Source: Octopus sinensis (Eukaryota). From it: a stretch of 64,000 bases of DNA. Below, one piece after another: positions 1 to 12,779 of this stretch (the first letter of the stretch is position 1; every line of letters starts with the position of its first letter). The notes below the pieces were generated by a model that was not told the DNA's origin, ran no database searches, and was given only the letters and a program-made list of their open reading frames with translations. The position numbers were made by a program, and so were the translations under genes. Location: assembly GCF_006345805.1 (NCBI RefSeq), contig NW_021835953.1, positions 62,001 to 126,000 of the forward strand, read 5' to 3'.

Positions 1-840
1 TACATGGATTTACTTGCTAAAGGGATCAGCTACATATCTACAAAATCCTGTCTATAGAACGGAAAATGTCCAGAAGGCTGACATCTCCGGAATTTGTGGG
101 TGTGTGGAACAGGCATTTTCAATCTGGGATGCACACAAGACAGACAGGAGAGTAAAAAGGAGTTGAATGTTGTATGGTTTGATCTGGCTAATGCTTCTGG
201 TTCTGTACCACTCAGTAGATAGCTCCAATCAGTTGATGAAAGGAATGGACTTCTTTTATATACTGGAAAATATTATCTGATGAAGAGCTGCTATAACAAT
301 TTCAAAATGCAGTTCATGGCAGAAAATTTCACAACAGAGTGGGATCGTCTTGAAATTGAAATACCTGTAGGTTGCACAATATCGGTCATTTGAGCTTGTT
401 ATGGAGAAGCTACTTAGATCAGCAGATTGATCAGAAGAAATGGCTCAAGTGAAATCACCTGAGAAGGCATTAATTGATGATATAACAATAATAACAAGAG
501 AGTAAAATGATATACAAATCGTCCTGGATAGACTGGATGGACTAATTACTTGGTCAAGAGTGTGGTTTAAAGCTAATAAGTAATACAGTCTGTCAGTTGT
601 CAAAGGTCATCAGAAGAAGTTCAAAATAGCAGGTGAAACCATGTCAAAGGTTGAAAAGAAACCTGTAAAATGTTTAGGACAATGGTACACTACCTCATTG
701 TCCAATAAGAGTAGAGGCATTGAGATCATGGCAGAAAGAGAGGATGGGTTATAAGCAATAGATAGGTGAGGACGTCTCGGAAAAAACAAGATTTGCGTCC
801 AGTTTGATCTATATCTCCGTCTTGCGTATATATTCTTGAG
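1..840 (+). mobile_element. Degenerate RLE-type non-LTR retrotransposon (HERO/NeSL-like) reverse transcriptase fragment
   Basis: Broken frames give VVWFDLANASGSVP (cf. WLDLANAYGSVPH), KALIDDITI (cf. AFMDD), WSRVWFKANK and EKKPVKCLGQWY; many stops and frameshifts. Confidence 0.75.
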
Positions 841-899
841 CATCCGTTCTTGTGTACCATTTCAGATATTTTTCACCGCCATAACGTGTGGATAATTAG

Positions 900-2167
900 T
901 TATATGAAGTTAATGAGGTTTGTACAAATGTAGAGTGTAGCGTGTAAAATCTAGCATGCATTAATTTCAACACTTCTTATTAATAACTGCACTTTTTGAT
1001 TCCATGTAAATTGATAACTGAATGTTCAAAGAAGACTTGTAATGTGACTAGTAGCGACCTTTTTTGAAAATGAACAAAATATGACATCGTGCAGAAAAAA
1101 GGGTTTATTCCCCAAGGGCGAGAATGCTGACATGGTTGCTATATTAGGTGATGACACTCCAACTTTATCAACTGTGCAAAAGTGGACAGTTGAATTTAGG
1201 AGGCGAACTGAGAGTATTGAAAAGGACCCAATGTCTGGACGTCCTGCTACTTTCACCACCGAGGAAAACATTTAACATTTTCACCGCATGGTGATGGATG
1301 ACGGGTGATTGACTATAAATCAAATAGCCAATGGTATTAGCATTTTCCGTGACATATTTGAGAATATTCTGCACTAGGCATGACAATGGTTTCTGTTTGG
1401 TGGGTGCCACGTCTTCTGAGACCTGATCAAAAGCACACTAGGCTGATCACATTCTTCTAAAATCCGACATTGCTTGAAGCAGACTCAGCTGAATTCCTTG
1501 AACCATTCTTAAGCTACGATGAGTGTTGGATTAAACACTTTGAGCCTCGGACAAAAAGATAATCCATGCAGTAGAAACACACGTCTTTACCTGTTCCAAG
1601 GAAGGCCAACATCGTTTCATCTGCATGGAAGTGGATAGTCTCAGGTTTTTGTGATACAAAAGGCATTGTGTTTATTGACTAATTTCAGAAGGGCTCTACC
1701 ATCAATGGGGGGAATTGTACCATCTTACTGAAGCAGTTACAAAAGACTATCGAGACCAAATGCCCCGGGAAACTAATGCAAAGGGTTTCGTATCATCAAG
1801 ACAATGCCCCAGCACATACGTCCTTGCCTTCAATGGCTGTTGAGCATGGCCCTGGTTTTGAACTAGTTGATCACCTTCCTTCTTCCCCCGATTTACCCCC
1901 TTCTGACTATCGTTTGTCCATCAACTTTCAAAAATACTCGGTTGGGAATCGTCATCGTAATGATGATGAAATTATATCGTCTGTTGATGAATTATTTTAG
2001 CAACAGGATGAAAGCTTGTTCACAAATGAAATTCATTCAAGAACTAAAACACGAATGGAAGAAGTGTGTGGACCTCAAGGGGGACTGTGTTGAAAAATAG
2101 ACTTCATTTGGTCACATTCTATGTGAGTGTATTTGTCATCGTATGAAACTCTAAGCGGACCTTCATA
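900..2167 (+). mobile_element. Mariner (Tc1/mariner, Mos1-like) transposon relic, transposase pseudogene
   Basis: Motifs SGRP, WVPRLLRPDQK, DECW, YHQDNAPAH, HLPSSPDLPPSDY and WKKCVDLKGDCVEK across frameshifted ORFs; 5' end approximate. Confidence 0.9.
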
Positions 2168-2380
2168 TGTTGGATGCCTTAATTAAAAAAAGAAAATTAG
2201 AAAGGTTAGTCTATTGTGTGGTGGACCTGAATATTGAGCTAATATATGGTACCATTGTAAAACTTATAAAAATGTTGAGCGAACATTGAAGATAAGAATA
2301 TCTTATGATAAGATATACTTTATTAATAAATATTAAGAGATTCTACTGTAAAGTGTAAACCATGGAGATATTTATTTCAG

Positions 2381-2452
2381 GTTTTCAAAAACTGGATGAG
2401 AGGTATCTCCTAAAGTTGGCATGTCAGTTAGGAGGCAATTGGTGGAAAGTTG
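2381..2452 (+). CDS. Gene A penultimate exon: death domain helices 1-2 (72 nt, phase 1-1)
   Basis: tttatttcag acceptor, gtgagt donor; encodes (G)FQKLDERYLLKLACQLGGNWWKV(G); same length and phase as paralog exon 36801-36872. Confidence 0.85.
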
Positions 2453-3229
2453 GTGAGTAGAAAATAACAATACCTAATTGATTTCTGTAAATTTTACCTT
2501 CACTTGAGCCTTTATGACTGAGAACCAGTTGCATTCCATTTGAAATGTTAACTGTAAAATAATTCTATTAAATATATTAATGTAATTCAGTAAAACTTGA
2601 GGTTAGTAAGGTTGGTAAACTGGATAAATTGATAAAACACAGTTGAGTAGATATTGTCTTTTGGAAGAAGGGATTAAAATATATTGTTGTTTAAGGCTAA
2701 ACAGATGATCGAATGACAATGTTTTTGCGTGTTTTACATTTTTACACAGTTTATTCCTTGGTATTTTGAATGAAGCAAAGGTTACAATCGGAATAAGTCT
2801 TGTTTATTCCATCGTAAGACGTTGAGTTAGGTTCTTCTTAGGATCATTGTGTAAAAAGCAGATCATTTCAGCTCATATAACAAATATTAGAATGTCGTCT
2901 TAATGACATGACGTATGTCTCTAGATGCTTCCGTGAAAGACTAAATAGAGGACACTGATGAATCATATCATATTCTCTCCAGCCAAGAAGAGAGAATTCT
3001 TCTAAGGGAATTTACCAGAAAATGAATATTCTCAGGTCAAGCCAAATGAGGTGACCTCTCTCACTGAAACTGATATAATAATAACAGAATAGGCTCAGGA
3101 GAATTGGTCGAATCTTGAGTTCATTGAGAATTAGTGAGAAGAATTATTTGCAGAAGACTGAATTGGGATTGAATTTGACTCGGAATTATCGACTCTTCAA
3201 ATATGAATGATTATTCGATTTTCAGTGTC

Positions 3230-4650
3230 CTGTTGGTAACTTTTCAAGGTGATAGATTGCAAAGAAAGACTTTCCTGACCCTTTGAATTTTAGATCTGGG
3301 CATACTGAGGAGGGGGTTGATTCAATGTATTCAACCTCATTCACTAAAGGATCATATTGGGACTTAACACAACATTTCAAAACACAGGACCTGGGTTACT
3401 CAACCAAGTTGGAATTGATGTCTCATTTATAGATTGTCTGGAATAAATGGACATTCCTCGATGGGTGGGGGTACAATAGATGCTGTAGAAAACAGGAAGC
3501 AGATTGAGTGAGGTCCATGTTTCACGTTTAGCTTTTGGAGTGGCAGGCAAGTTCCATAGCTTTCCAAAGAAAACTATTGTATCATTCACACTGTCCATTT
3601 ATGTTGGGATCATATGAGTATGTCTTAATAAAGGCAATAATTTTACTGTGAAACCATTTTTACAAAACCTCTGACATGACGCAGCAGGATGTATCGAAAT
3701 GCACATCACCAGGCATACTGGGTGTCGAGAATATTCAGCAAGGACACTCGATGTCAGTTGAAGTATTAATCTCTATGCATGGAAGAGCAACACACTTCTA
3801 GTATATACATCCACCATTGTTAAAATGCGTTCATTATGAGCAGCATAATTTTACTACGAAGCCATTTTTTACAACGCGTAAAAACGTTTTTTTACAACGC
3901 ATTTTTTACAGCAGCCTCTATCTAAATGCACATCGCTAGACAAAGTGAATATCGAGACTATTCAGTAAAGACACTCGATGTTGTGTTGAAGTACTAATCT
4001 CTACGCATGGAAGAGCAAAAGGAAATCTAGAATATTCATCCACCACGGTTAAAATATATTGATTATGAGCAGCAGACAGAAGCAAACCTTTAAAATATAA
4101 GTCAATTCATTCGAATGATTGGGACACTTTCACTGAATGCATATTAGGTTTTAAAATGTGGGGGTTACATTCATCACAGGTTGTTCACAGGGAAATCATT
4201 GTTTTGATTTCATCAAGTGATTCTGGAATATTCTTACTTTCCACATAATCATACATTCGTGTCATGCCTGGATGACAAAGGTAGTTATGCAGTTCAGCAA
4301 TTTGATTGGAACTGACAACAGAACAAAACAGAAAGCAGACATGTCAGAAATATTCTCATTTCTTTTATTTTATGATCACATTTAACATCAAACATAAAAC
4401 TAAATTCTTTTTTTCAGCAGTAAAAAGGGTGAATCAATTTCAGCTTAGGAAGCGCTTGTAATGGTGTAATAAACTCTGTGATTGGGGAGGTTTCTTTCTC
4501 ACTTTAAAGATGTTTTAACTCAGAATTCTGCGAGACATTTGAGAAAAGAATCAATAGGCCTTCCTCCCTGATTTACTGATGCAACTATTGCAAAACCAGA
4601 AGCATCTCTTTCAACACGAATGGGTCAAGTTTCATCTTAGCCACAACTAC
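3230..4650 (-). mobile_element. Gypsy LTR-retrotransposon relic: RNase H and integrase
   Basis: Minus-strand translation gives DASGFAIVASVNQGGRPI, LHNYLCHPGMTRM..TTCDEC, YILTVVDEYSRFPFALPC, IPTWLSNPGPV and QYDPLVNEVE; integrase core partly tandem-duplicated at ~3625-4075. Confidence 0.8.
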
Positions 4651-4779
4651 TGAGTCTTCGACATCTTTCTTCAGTTGGTGAAAAGGTTCAAGTCCAGCTC
4701 CAGAAAAAAGGAAATATATTAGTTTTAATTTTAACCTAAATATTACATATCCACTTTAAATGATATGAAAAGTGGACAT

Positions 4780-5130
4780 GTTATGGTCAGTTTGTGTCTT
4801 CAGGACAATGCTTATGATGTCCCCCTATGACTGTAAACCTATTGCTATTAAGTCTCGTTCTTACAATAAATCATATCAAGATTCGTCAAATTACAAGTCC
4901 GATATCTCCAGGCAGAAAAGATTATTAAGACTTTTTCAAGTTGCTGTTTCTACCAAGGAATGCCATAAAAAATGAATGGTTGTTGATTATTCTCAGAAAG
5001 AGAATCGATTCACCAAACACGATGTGAATCAACAACATTGAATTTCTGATGAAATCAATTATAGGTTCTTGTGTAGGAAGCTGATAATTAATTTCAATTT
5101 AAATCACCATACTGGAATGACTTCTTACCA
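4780..5130 (+). mobile_element. Gypsy reverse transcriptase N-terminal fragment, inverted relative to the adjacent RNase H/integrase
   Basis: DCKPIAIKSRSY and HKK*MVVDYSQKENRFT resemble Gypsy RT motifs (DCKPIATKSRRY, KKRMVIDYSQTINRFT). Confidence 0.65.
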
Positions 5131-6113
5131 CATTGCTTCAATATAAAGAAGAAGCTTAATAGAGGACACTCAACAGAACCATATCACTTATTATCGTTAA
5201 ATATCTGTGTTAATCCAGCAGACTTAAGTTTAAAGGCGTTCCAAGTGTGACGTCTCTGTCTTTTACATAGGACAACATCCTTAAATGGTCCTTTTTAAGA
5301 TGACAAGTTGTAGTTCTAGTGACCGGTAGCTTCTCCACTGTCCAGTGTCCATCTGGATGTGGATCACACTTCACTCACATGTAGGGCTTAATTGTCCGTA
5401 AGTGAATGATGTCGATGTTGAATAAGTTCTGTCTACTTTCCTTCGACCTCTTTACAAATTGTGGCTTTGATCCAGTGAAAGATATCGTCATTATGTGCCA
5501 TGCATCCAGAGAGATTAAGCCAGTGTCTTCCATAATTTGTGTTGTTTACCTAACAGTTTATATTAATTAGTCAGAGCAGGTGAGGCATCACACTCACAAA
5601 TGACTTATTTCAAGCATTGAACATGTCAAGTACACATTTTCTAGTATGATGGACAAGCGATTAGAATTTTACAGAAAAGGATAGCAAGCTTAAGCAACCA
5701 TGAGGAAACCACGAATGAGATAAACCCAATTGGTCACACATGAAAATCCAACTGGAAAGTCTTAAGATGGTTTCTTCTGATTGGAAATTATTTGGGAGGT
5801 GCCTGAGAACTCTAGCCTTGTAACCGTTCTAGAAATACTGTGCTGAGAAAATGAATGGATGAATGGACTGAGTGGTGTGTCTGTTTGTCGTCGATATTGA
5901 TTCTTTAGGTTCTGACACACTTTTGATTAACCAAACACTTCTGAAATCTATTTTCCATAAATTTTCGCAAATAAACAATGTCTTATATTTTTCAGGTTTC
6001 TTCACTATTTTGTATTTCTCTATCGATATAGTTTTTTGTTATATTTATAACAACAACTTTTATATTATTGTTAATGTTTTTCCTGTAATTTCTTATTGTT
6101 CTATCTTCAACAG

Positions 6114-6319
6114 GCATATTTTTGGGGATTAAAAGTATCCAACTGGGAATTATCCGGCATGACTTTTCTGGTAATGTTCAAGAGCAGAGCTTCCAGATGC
6201 TGCTCTACTGGTCAACACATTGTGATCCGCAGGAAGTTACGGTGGATACATTGAGGGCAGCTCTTGTGGAAGCTGAGTGCTTAACTGCACTCGAAAGTCT
6301 ATCATTACTTGAAGAGTGA
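6114..6319 (+). CDS. Gene A last exon: remainder of C-terminal death domain to stop codon
   Basis: ttcaacag acceptor; in frame with 2381-2452; GIFLGIKSIQLGII...EQSFQMLLYW...TVDTLRAALVEAECLTALESL* matches the death-domain pattern (W..L...L, ML..W, T...L..AL). Confidence 0.88.
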
Positions 6320-6577
6320 ATTGTTGCGTAAATGTTGTTTAGTCACCAGATCAACCATGACCAAACAATGATCTATGATCAAATGTCTCCCAGCCATGAC
6401 CATCCTGTCTTTATTGCTAATGTAGAAAACTCAGAACCACATTGTCCCACTTGTCCTACCTTAAGATGATGAAGTGTGAATTTTGGTAAATTTGGTTATT
6501 ATTTCTAGCAGATCTGTCAACCAAATAGAGACCACTTTACTGGTTTGGCTCCCTTGTAACCAGAAATTACATTCTGA

Positions 6578-6583
6578 AATAAA
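6578..6583 (+). promoter_or_regulatory. Polyadenylation signal of gene A
   Basis: AATAAA ~260 nt after stop followed by a GT-rich tract; context conserved with paralog signal at 30645-30650 (-). Confidence 0.6.
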
Positions 6584-6724
6584 TATAAACTTTGAAATGT
6601 TCAATTGTTGTTGTTGTTATTGTTGTGCATAGAATCACCTCCCTAAACAATTCCATTGCTTTACAGAGTATTTTAATAACATCTGACATATTCATAGATA
6701 TCCTTAGCCTTGAATAGAATGTCT

Positions 6725-6764
<40 letters not shown>

Positions 6765-6922
6765 AGGAGTGGCTGTGTGGTAAGTAGCTTGCTTAGCAAC
6801 CACATGGTTCCGGGTTCAGTCCCACTGCGTGGCACCTTGGGTAAGTGTCTTTTACTATAGCCTCGAGCCACCCAAAGCCTTGTGAGTGGATTTGGTAAAC
6901 GGAAAGTGAAAGAAGCCCATCG

Positions 6923-7005
<83 letters not shown>

Positions 7006-7193
7006 TTGTGTGTCTGTATCTGTCGCCCCAACATTGCTTGACAACTGATGCTGGTGTGTTTACGCTCCCGAAACTTAGCGGTTCGGCATAAGAGGCCGAT
7101 AGAATAAGTCCTGGCGTCGATTTGCTCGACTAAAGGCAGTGCTCCAGCATGGCTACAGTCAAATGGCTGAAACAAGTAAAAAGAGTAAAAGAG
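6765..7193 (+). mobile_element. tRNA-derived SINE with central (TA)/(TG) microsatellite
   Basis: A/B-box-like head (tggctgtgtggtaag...ggttcagtccc), 3' ctccagcatggc..cagtcaaatg.ctgaaac; several copies in the window. Confidence 0.85.
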
Positions 7194-7221
7194 TATATCT
7201 ATCTATCTATCTATCTATCTA

Positions 7222-7312
<91 letters not shown>

Positions 7313-7881
7313 TATATATATATATATATATATTGATGTCTTTTTTATCTCTATATATAAAAGTAAAATGGGCGAATGTTACAAGTTTGCGTGTTTCATT
7401 TAGTGGTTATGCAGGTTTCAATGGCAGTAGGCGTGCTCGGAATTCGGCGAAAATTTACAGGGACATGTACAATGAGGCGAGAAAGCGACTTGACTAGGTT
7501 AGAAATCTCCATCACAAAAGCTGTGGTTACTAGGGCAACAAAACCCAGACTTTGACAAGTGTTTGTCGTTTCTCCCTTGCGGTTACCAACTTGTCTTCCT
7601 CGATCTCTCGCTTTCATAACTTCCCTCCAATTTCTTTCTATATCAACGTTCGACAGCTTCCACTTTCTTTCCCTCTCCGCCTTCGCCATCTCTCTGTCAC
7701 TCTTCCTCCCATCACCCCTCTCTCTGTACATCAGTCTGTATCTAAGGGAGGAAACCGTTGACAGCCGAAAAGTTTAAATATTCCCGCCTCAGGTCTTTTA
7801 CAACGGTGGATTTTTATCGACCACCACCACCACCACCGCATAGTCGTGGTAACAGATATTGATCAGATATTTATTGTGTTA

Positions 7882-8049
<168 letters not shown>

Positions 8050-8300
8050 TTAACAATTAAGGATAACCTCCTACTAAGGAATCTTAACAAGAAATTATCA
8101 GGTAGATAGCGTGAAAAACCTCATAAGAGAAAAATTTCGAAAATAATTCTTTCTTATTGAACATATTAATTTATATATAGAGGGCATTATTATACATACA
8201 TGCCACACGCTACGAGGGACATTAGTCATTTCTACCAAAAATTTTACTAATCCTACCCAATGCAATTTTTTCAAAGCAAGACATTTAAAAAAATGAATTT

Positions 8301-8380
8301 AGTCTTGTATCACCTGTGATTTCGTACATACCGCATTTGCGACCGTAACCGCAGTTGCGTCTGTCCTCATCAGCAAGACT
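8301..8380 (-). ncRNA. Type I hammerhead ribozyme, copy 1
   Basis: agtcttg-CTGATGA-(imperfect stem II ggacagac..gtatgtac)-GAAA-tcac ag gtga-TA-caagact; perfect 7-bp stem I. Confidence 0.8.
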
Positions 8381-8798
8381 GATTCTGAACATATCATAAA
8401 TAAACGACCCTGTACCGTCAAGACCGAACAGCTAACTGTTCAACCCCAACGAAGCACATGGGGGAGTTTACATATAATACATCCGGTAAATGGCAGGCTT
8501 CTTCGAATTGCATTTCGGGTAGGAAAAGTTTTTTCGGAATAAAATTATTTAACAATTAAGGATAACCTCCTACTAAGGAATCTTAACAAGAAATTATCAG
8601 GTAGATAGCGTGAAAAACCTCATAAGAAAAAATTTCGAAAATAATTCTTTCTTATTGAACATATTAATTTATATATAGAGGGCATTATTATACATACATG
8701 CCACACACTACGAGGGACATTAGTCATTTCTACCAAAAATTTTACTAATCCTACCCAATGCAATTTTTTCAAAGCAAGACATTTAAAAAAATGAATTT

Positions 8799-8878
8799 AG
8801 TCTTGTATCACCTGTGATTTCGTACTTACCGCATTTGCGACCGTAATCGCAGTTGCGTCTGTCCTCATCAGCAAGACT
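8799..8878 (-). ncRNA. Type I hammerhead ribozyme, copy 2
   Basis: Same motif as 8301-8380 in the second repeat unit. Confidence 0.78.
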
Positions 8879-9096
8879 GATTCTGAACATATCATAAATA
8901 AACGACCCTGTAACGTCAAGACCGAACAGCTAACTGTTCAACCCCAACGAAGCACATGGGGGAGTTTACATATAATACATCCGGTAAATGGCAGGCTTCT
9001 TCGAATTGGGTAGGATTAGTAAAATTTTTGGTAGAAATGACTAATGTCCCTCGTAGCGTGTGGCATGTATGTATAATAATGCCCTCTATATATAAA

Positions 9097-9159
<63 letters not shown>

Positions 9160-9185
9160 TTTATAGAAGGGGCTATAATTTAATT

Positions 9186-9244
9186 TACTCTGCAATGTAT
9201 TGAGTACCTTATTTACTGTGATTAACCCGACTCAACCCGGGACC

Positions 9245-9323
<79 letters not shown>

Positions 9324-9399
9324 GGGAGAGAGATAGATAGATAGATTTATACATAGATAGATGATAGATAGATAGGTATGTATATAATGTGTATACATA

Positions 9400-9451
<52 letters not shown>

Positions 9452-9516
9452 CATACCTATCTATCTATCATCTATATATGTATAAATCTATCTATCTATC
9501 TATCTATCTCTCTCTC

Positions 9517-9599
<83 letters not shown>

Positions 9600-9656
9600 T
9601 CCCGGGTTGAGTCGGGTTAACCACAGTAAATAAGGTACTCAATACATTGCAGAGTA
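9186..9656. repeat. Long fold-back inverted repeat including microsatellite arms
   Basis: 9186-9246 is the reverse complement of 9596-9656 (1 mismatch); the inner GA/GATA/TA tracts are also mirrored. Confidence 0.85.
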
Positions 9657-9721
9657 TATATTATATATATATATATATTATATATATATATATTATATGT
9701 ATATATAATGTGTATATATAA

Positions 9722-9801
<80 letters not shown>

Positions 9802-9814
9802 ATAATGTGTGTAT

Positions 9815-10045
9815 ATGGGGTGAATGCAGATGTCTTTAAATAAAACTGGATCTCTTTCTGTCAGGTGTCCCAGATGACCCAACTTCACGGCAGGAGGTGC
9901 AGATGAGGGCAGCTGCATCGAACTCTCTCATGCACCAAATGGCAATTGCTAAAAGGAATTCGTGAAGTAAAATCATGTAGCAATACCAAATGGCGGTGCC
10001 CCAGCATGGCCACAGCTCGTGAGCTGAAACTAGATGAAATGAATA
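9815..10045 (+). mobile_element. CR1-like LINE 3' end whose tail is shared with the SINE family
   Basis: NKLDLFLSGVPDDPT...RAAASNSL, then ggcggtgccccagcatggccacagc...gctgaaac, matching the SINE 3' end. Confidence 0.65.
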
Positions 10046-10048
10046 TAA

Positions 10049-10088
<40 letters not shown>

Positions 10089-10829
10089 CATATATATATA
10101 TATATGTATGTATATATATATAATGTGATTACATATGTATATATAATGCGTATATATGTAGTATATATATTTAATGCGTGTGTAAATATATATGTGTGTG
10201 TGTGTGTACATATAATGTGTGCATATGTGGTCGGATTGAGTTGAAAATATGCACACCTATGTTAAAAGTGCTGGCGAGTTTGCTCAATTGAAAGGCGTGA
10301 CCTCTAGAGCAAATTTCCTCATCTTTTAAAATGTGGTCCGCGTAGACCCGAATGAAATCGTGTTATAATAACCAAACAAGTAAAACAATTAAAAACTATG
10401 CTATTTTAATCCCGAGCAAGACTGGGTACCTCTGTAAGTCTACCAAATATTTGTGAAAAGGTCGGACGTTGTCTCACAAGCAGTTGTGCAAGCAAAATGT
10501 TAGTAAATGTGGTTGGATTGAGCTGAAAATATGCACACCTATGTTAAAAGCGCTGGCGAGTGTGCTTGGCAAGTTTGAGTTTGCTCAATTGAAAGGCGTG
10601 ACCTCTAGGGCAAAAGTACTCATCTTTTAAAATGTGGCCCGCGTAGACCCGAATGAAATCGGGTTATAATACTGAAGCAAGTAAAATAATAATAAACTAT
10701 TTTAATCCCGAGCAAGGCCGGGTATCTCTGCTATTCTAATATATATTTGTGAAAAGGGCGGACGTTGTCTCACATAACAATTGTGCAGGCAAAATTGTTA
10801 GTAAATGTAGTCGGATTGTGCTGAAAATT

Positions 10830-11297
10830 TGCACACCTGTTGAAATCCTCAACAGCCAACTACCTCCCGGAATTCCACCTCATGACTTTAGACTGAAGAT
10901 TGGTGTTCCAGTTATGCTGCTAAGAAACGTGGAACCACCAGAACTATGCAACGGTACGCGTCTGATCATCAAAAACATGGGACCTTAATTCTGACGACAA
11001 TCATTCTGAGCGGACCATCTGCTGGCGTAACAAAGTTATTAAGCCCCATGAGCCTTAGTCCCTCGGCGGTGCCATTTGAATTTACGCGACGGCAGTTTCC
11101 CGTCAATGAGCATCTACAAGGCACGGAGACAGTCGTTACAAGTAGTTGGCCTAAATCTGACACAGCAGTTATTTATCCACGGTCACCTATACGTCGGATG
11201 CTCCCGTGTCGGCAGTCCACACAATCTCTTCATTTCTGGTAATCCGGGCAACACCAGGAACGTCGTCTACAAAGAAGCCCTGCAAGAACACTTTTGA
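10830..11297 (+). pseudogene. Helitron Rep-Hel helicase C-terminal pseudogene fragment
   Basis: [57 protein letters not shown] and TRNVVYKEAL; frameshifted. Confidence 0.9.
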
Positions 11298-12779
11298 ATC
11301 TTCCGCCATGACTCTCCCGTCGCTGGAGTCATTGTAACTTTCTCAAATTTTTAGCCCAACTGCATCCACCTTCTTCATGTTGCTGGCCACATCTGCAAAC
11401 TGACCACCTCTGCCACCAGTCAAACTCCCAACCCATGGGTTCACGTCCCGACACTGATTCCGCAAAATTAGGTTGGGTGTGACTACATATTGTATCCAAA
11501 ACATTGCAAGTGCAGTCGTATTATACTATTTCAGTTTTGTGCAGAGACCAGACTGGTGTTTTGTATTTTTCCAGCATTTTCCCGTCATTCTTTGCCCTTC
11601 ACATCTGCATCCGCGAGGTTTCTTCAATCACTTCTCAAAGTCTGTTTAAACATTTGGCATTCTTTTTTACATTACCAATTTCTAATAAAAGTTTTTTTTT
11701 TTTGGTGGGTGGGAATTCCTCATCCTTAAAATGTGGCCCGAGTAGACCCGAATGAAATCGGGTCATAATACCGAAACAAGTAAAACAATTAAAAAAACTG
11801 CTATTTTAACCCCGAGCAAAGCTGGTTTTCTCTGCTAGTGTATCATATAGGAATAGTATTTCTATGTAATATATGATGTGTCTATGGATGTTTCTATTTG
11901 TTCTGTAGTGATTTAAGGCAGGTTTTCCCAATGTGGCAATGGTTGCATGTTCTTTATTTTATATTCTACCATTATGATCATTGTTACTCAATAGTTATTG
12001 TAGATTTTCAGCAAAACGTCAAACTTTACCATTGTACATATAAAAAATAATCCATAAATTTAAAATTTGAAAATTTAGTGAAACGCAACTCGTAAGTATT
12101 GTCCAATTGTTATTGGATTCTTACGTGATACGAGTGAACAAACCTGATTATTTTGAAATTTAACATAAAATTATTTAAATTACGTCAAATTTATTTCAGA
12201 AATTGATAAGCAATTATTATTAGAAATTATTGGTTTAGAAACAAATTATATGGTATAATACTTTATACAAAATTATTTTGAATAAATTGCTGACATATCT
12301 TACTAATTTTGAGCTCCAAAAACGTGGAATGAACGAATATTCAAACATTATATGTGATGTAAAAAACAACAAAAATATAATAAACATGATCTTTCTTCCT
12401 GAAAGTTGTACAAAACAATGTCACTGATTATGTAAGCTACGAGGAACATATTATTTATAAATGTGACGTTTTGATAAAAACAGAGAAAACAGCACTTTAT
12501 CACTGACTCTCTGAAACCAAAAGGATAACTTTCAAATGTGATGACTCAGAATCAGTTCCTTTACTAGGTGAGATCTTCATCTTGTTCAGCTCAAAGACTG
12601 TGACAGTAATTAGCATATTGTAATTAACGACAAAATATATTCTCTATAGAAAAATGGTCAAATCTATCGAGGAATAAAACTGCAGAAAGTAACGACGATG
12701 CTATAACTGAGGAGAGTGAAGAACTTGAAAGAGTGTCATGAATTCAGAAATAAGTAATTCTTTCAGACCGACAAAAGAG

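Larger units (their letters stand above)
8050..9100 (-). mobile_element. Penelope-like pseudo-LTR tandem (2 x ~498 bp) plus a short inverted segment
   Basis: 8050-8548 is near-identical to 8549-9008; ~9006-9100 is the reverse complement of ~8165-8260; each unit carries a hammerhead motif; flanked by (TA)n. Confidence 0.75.
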
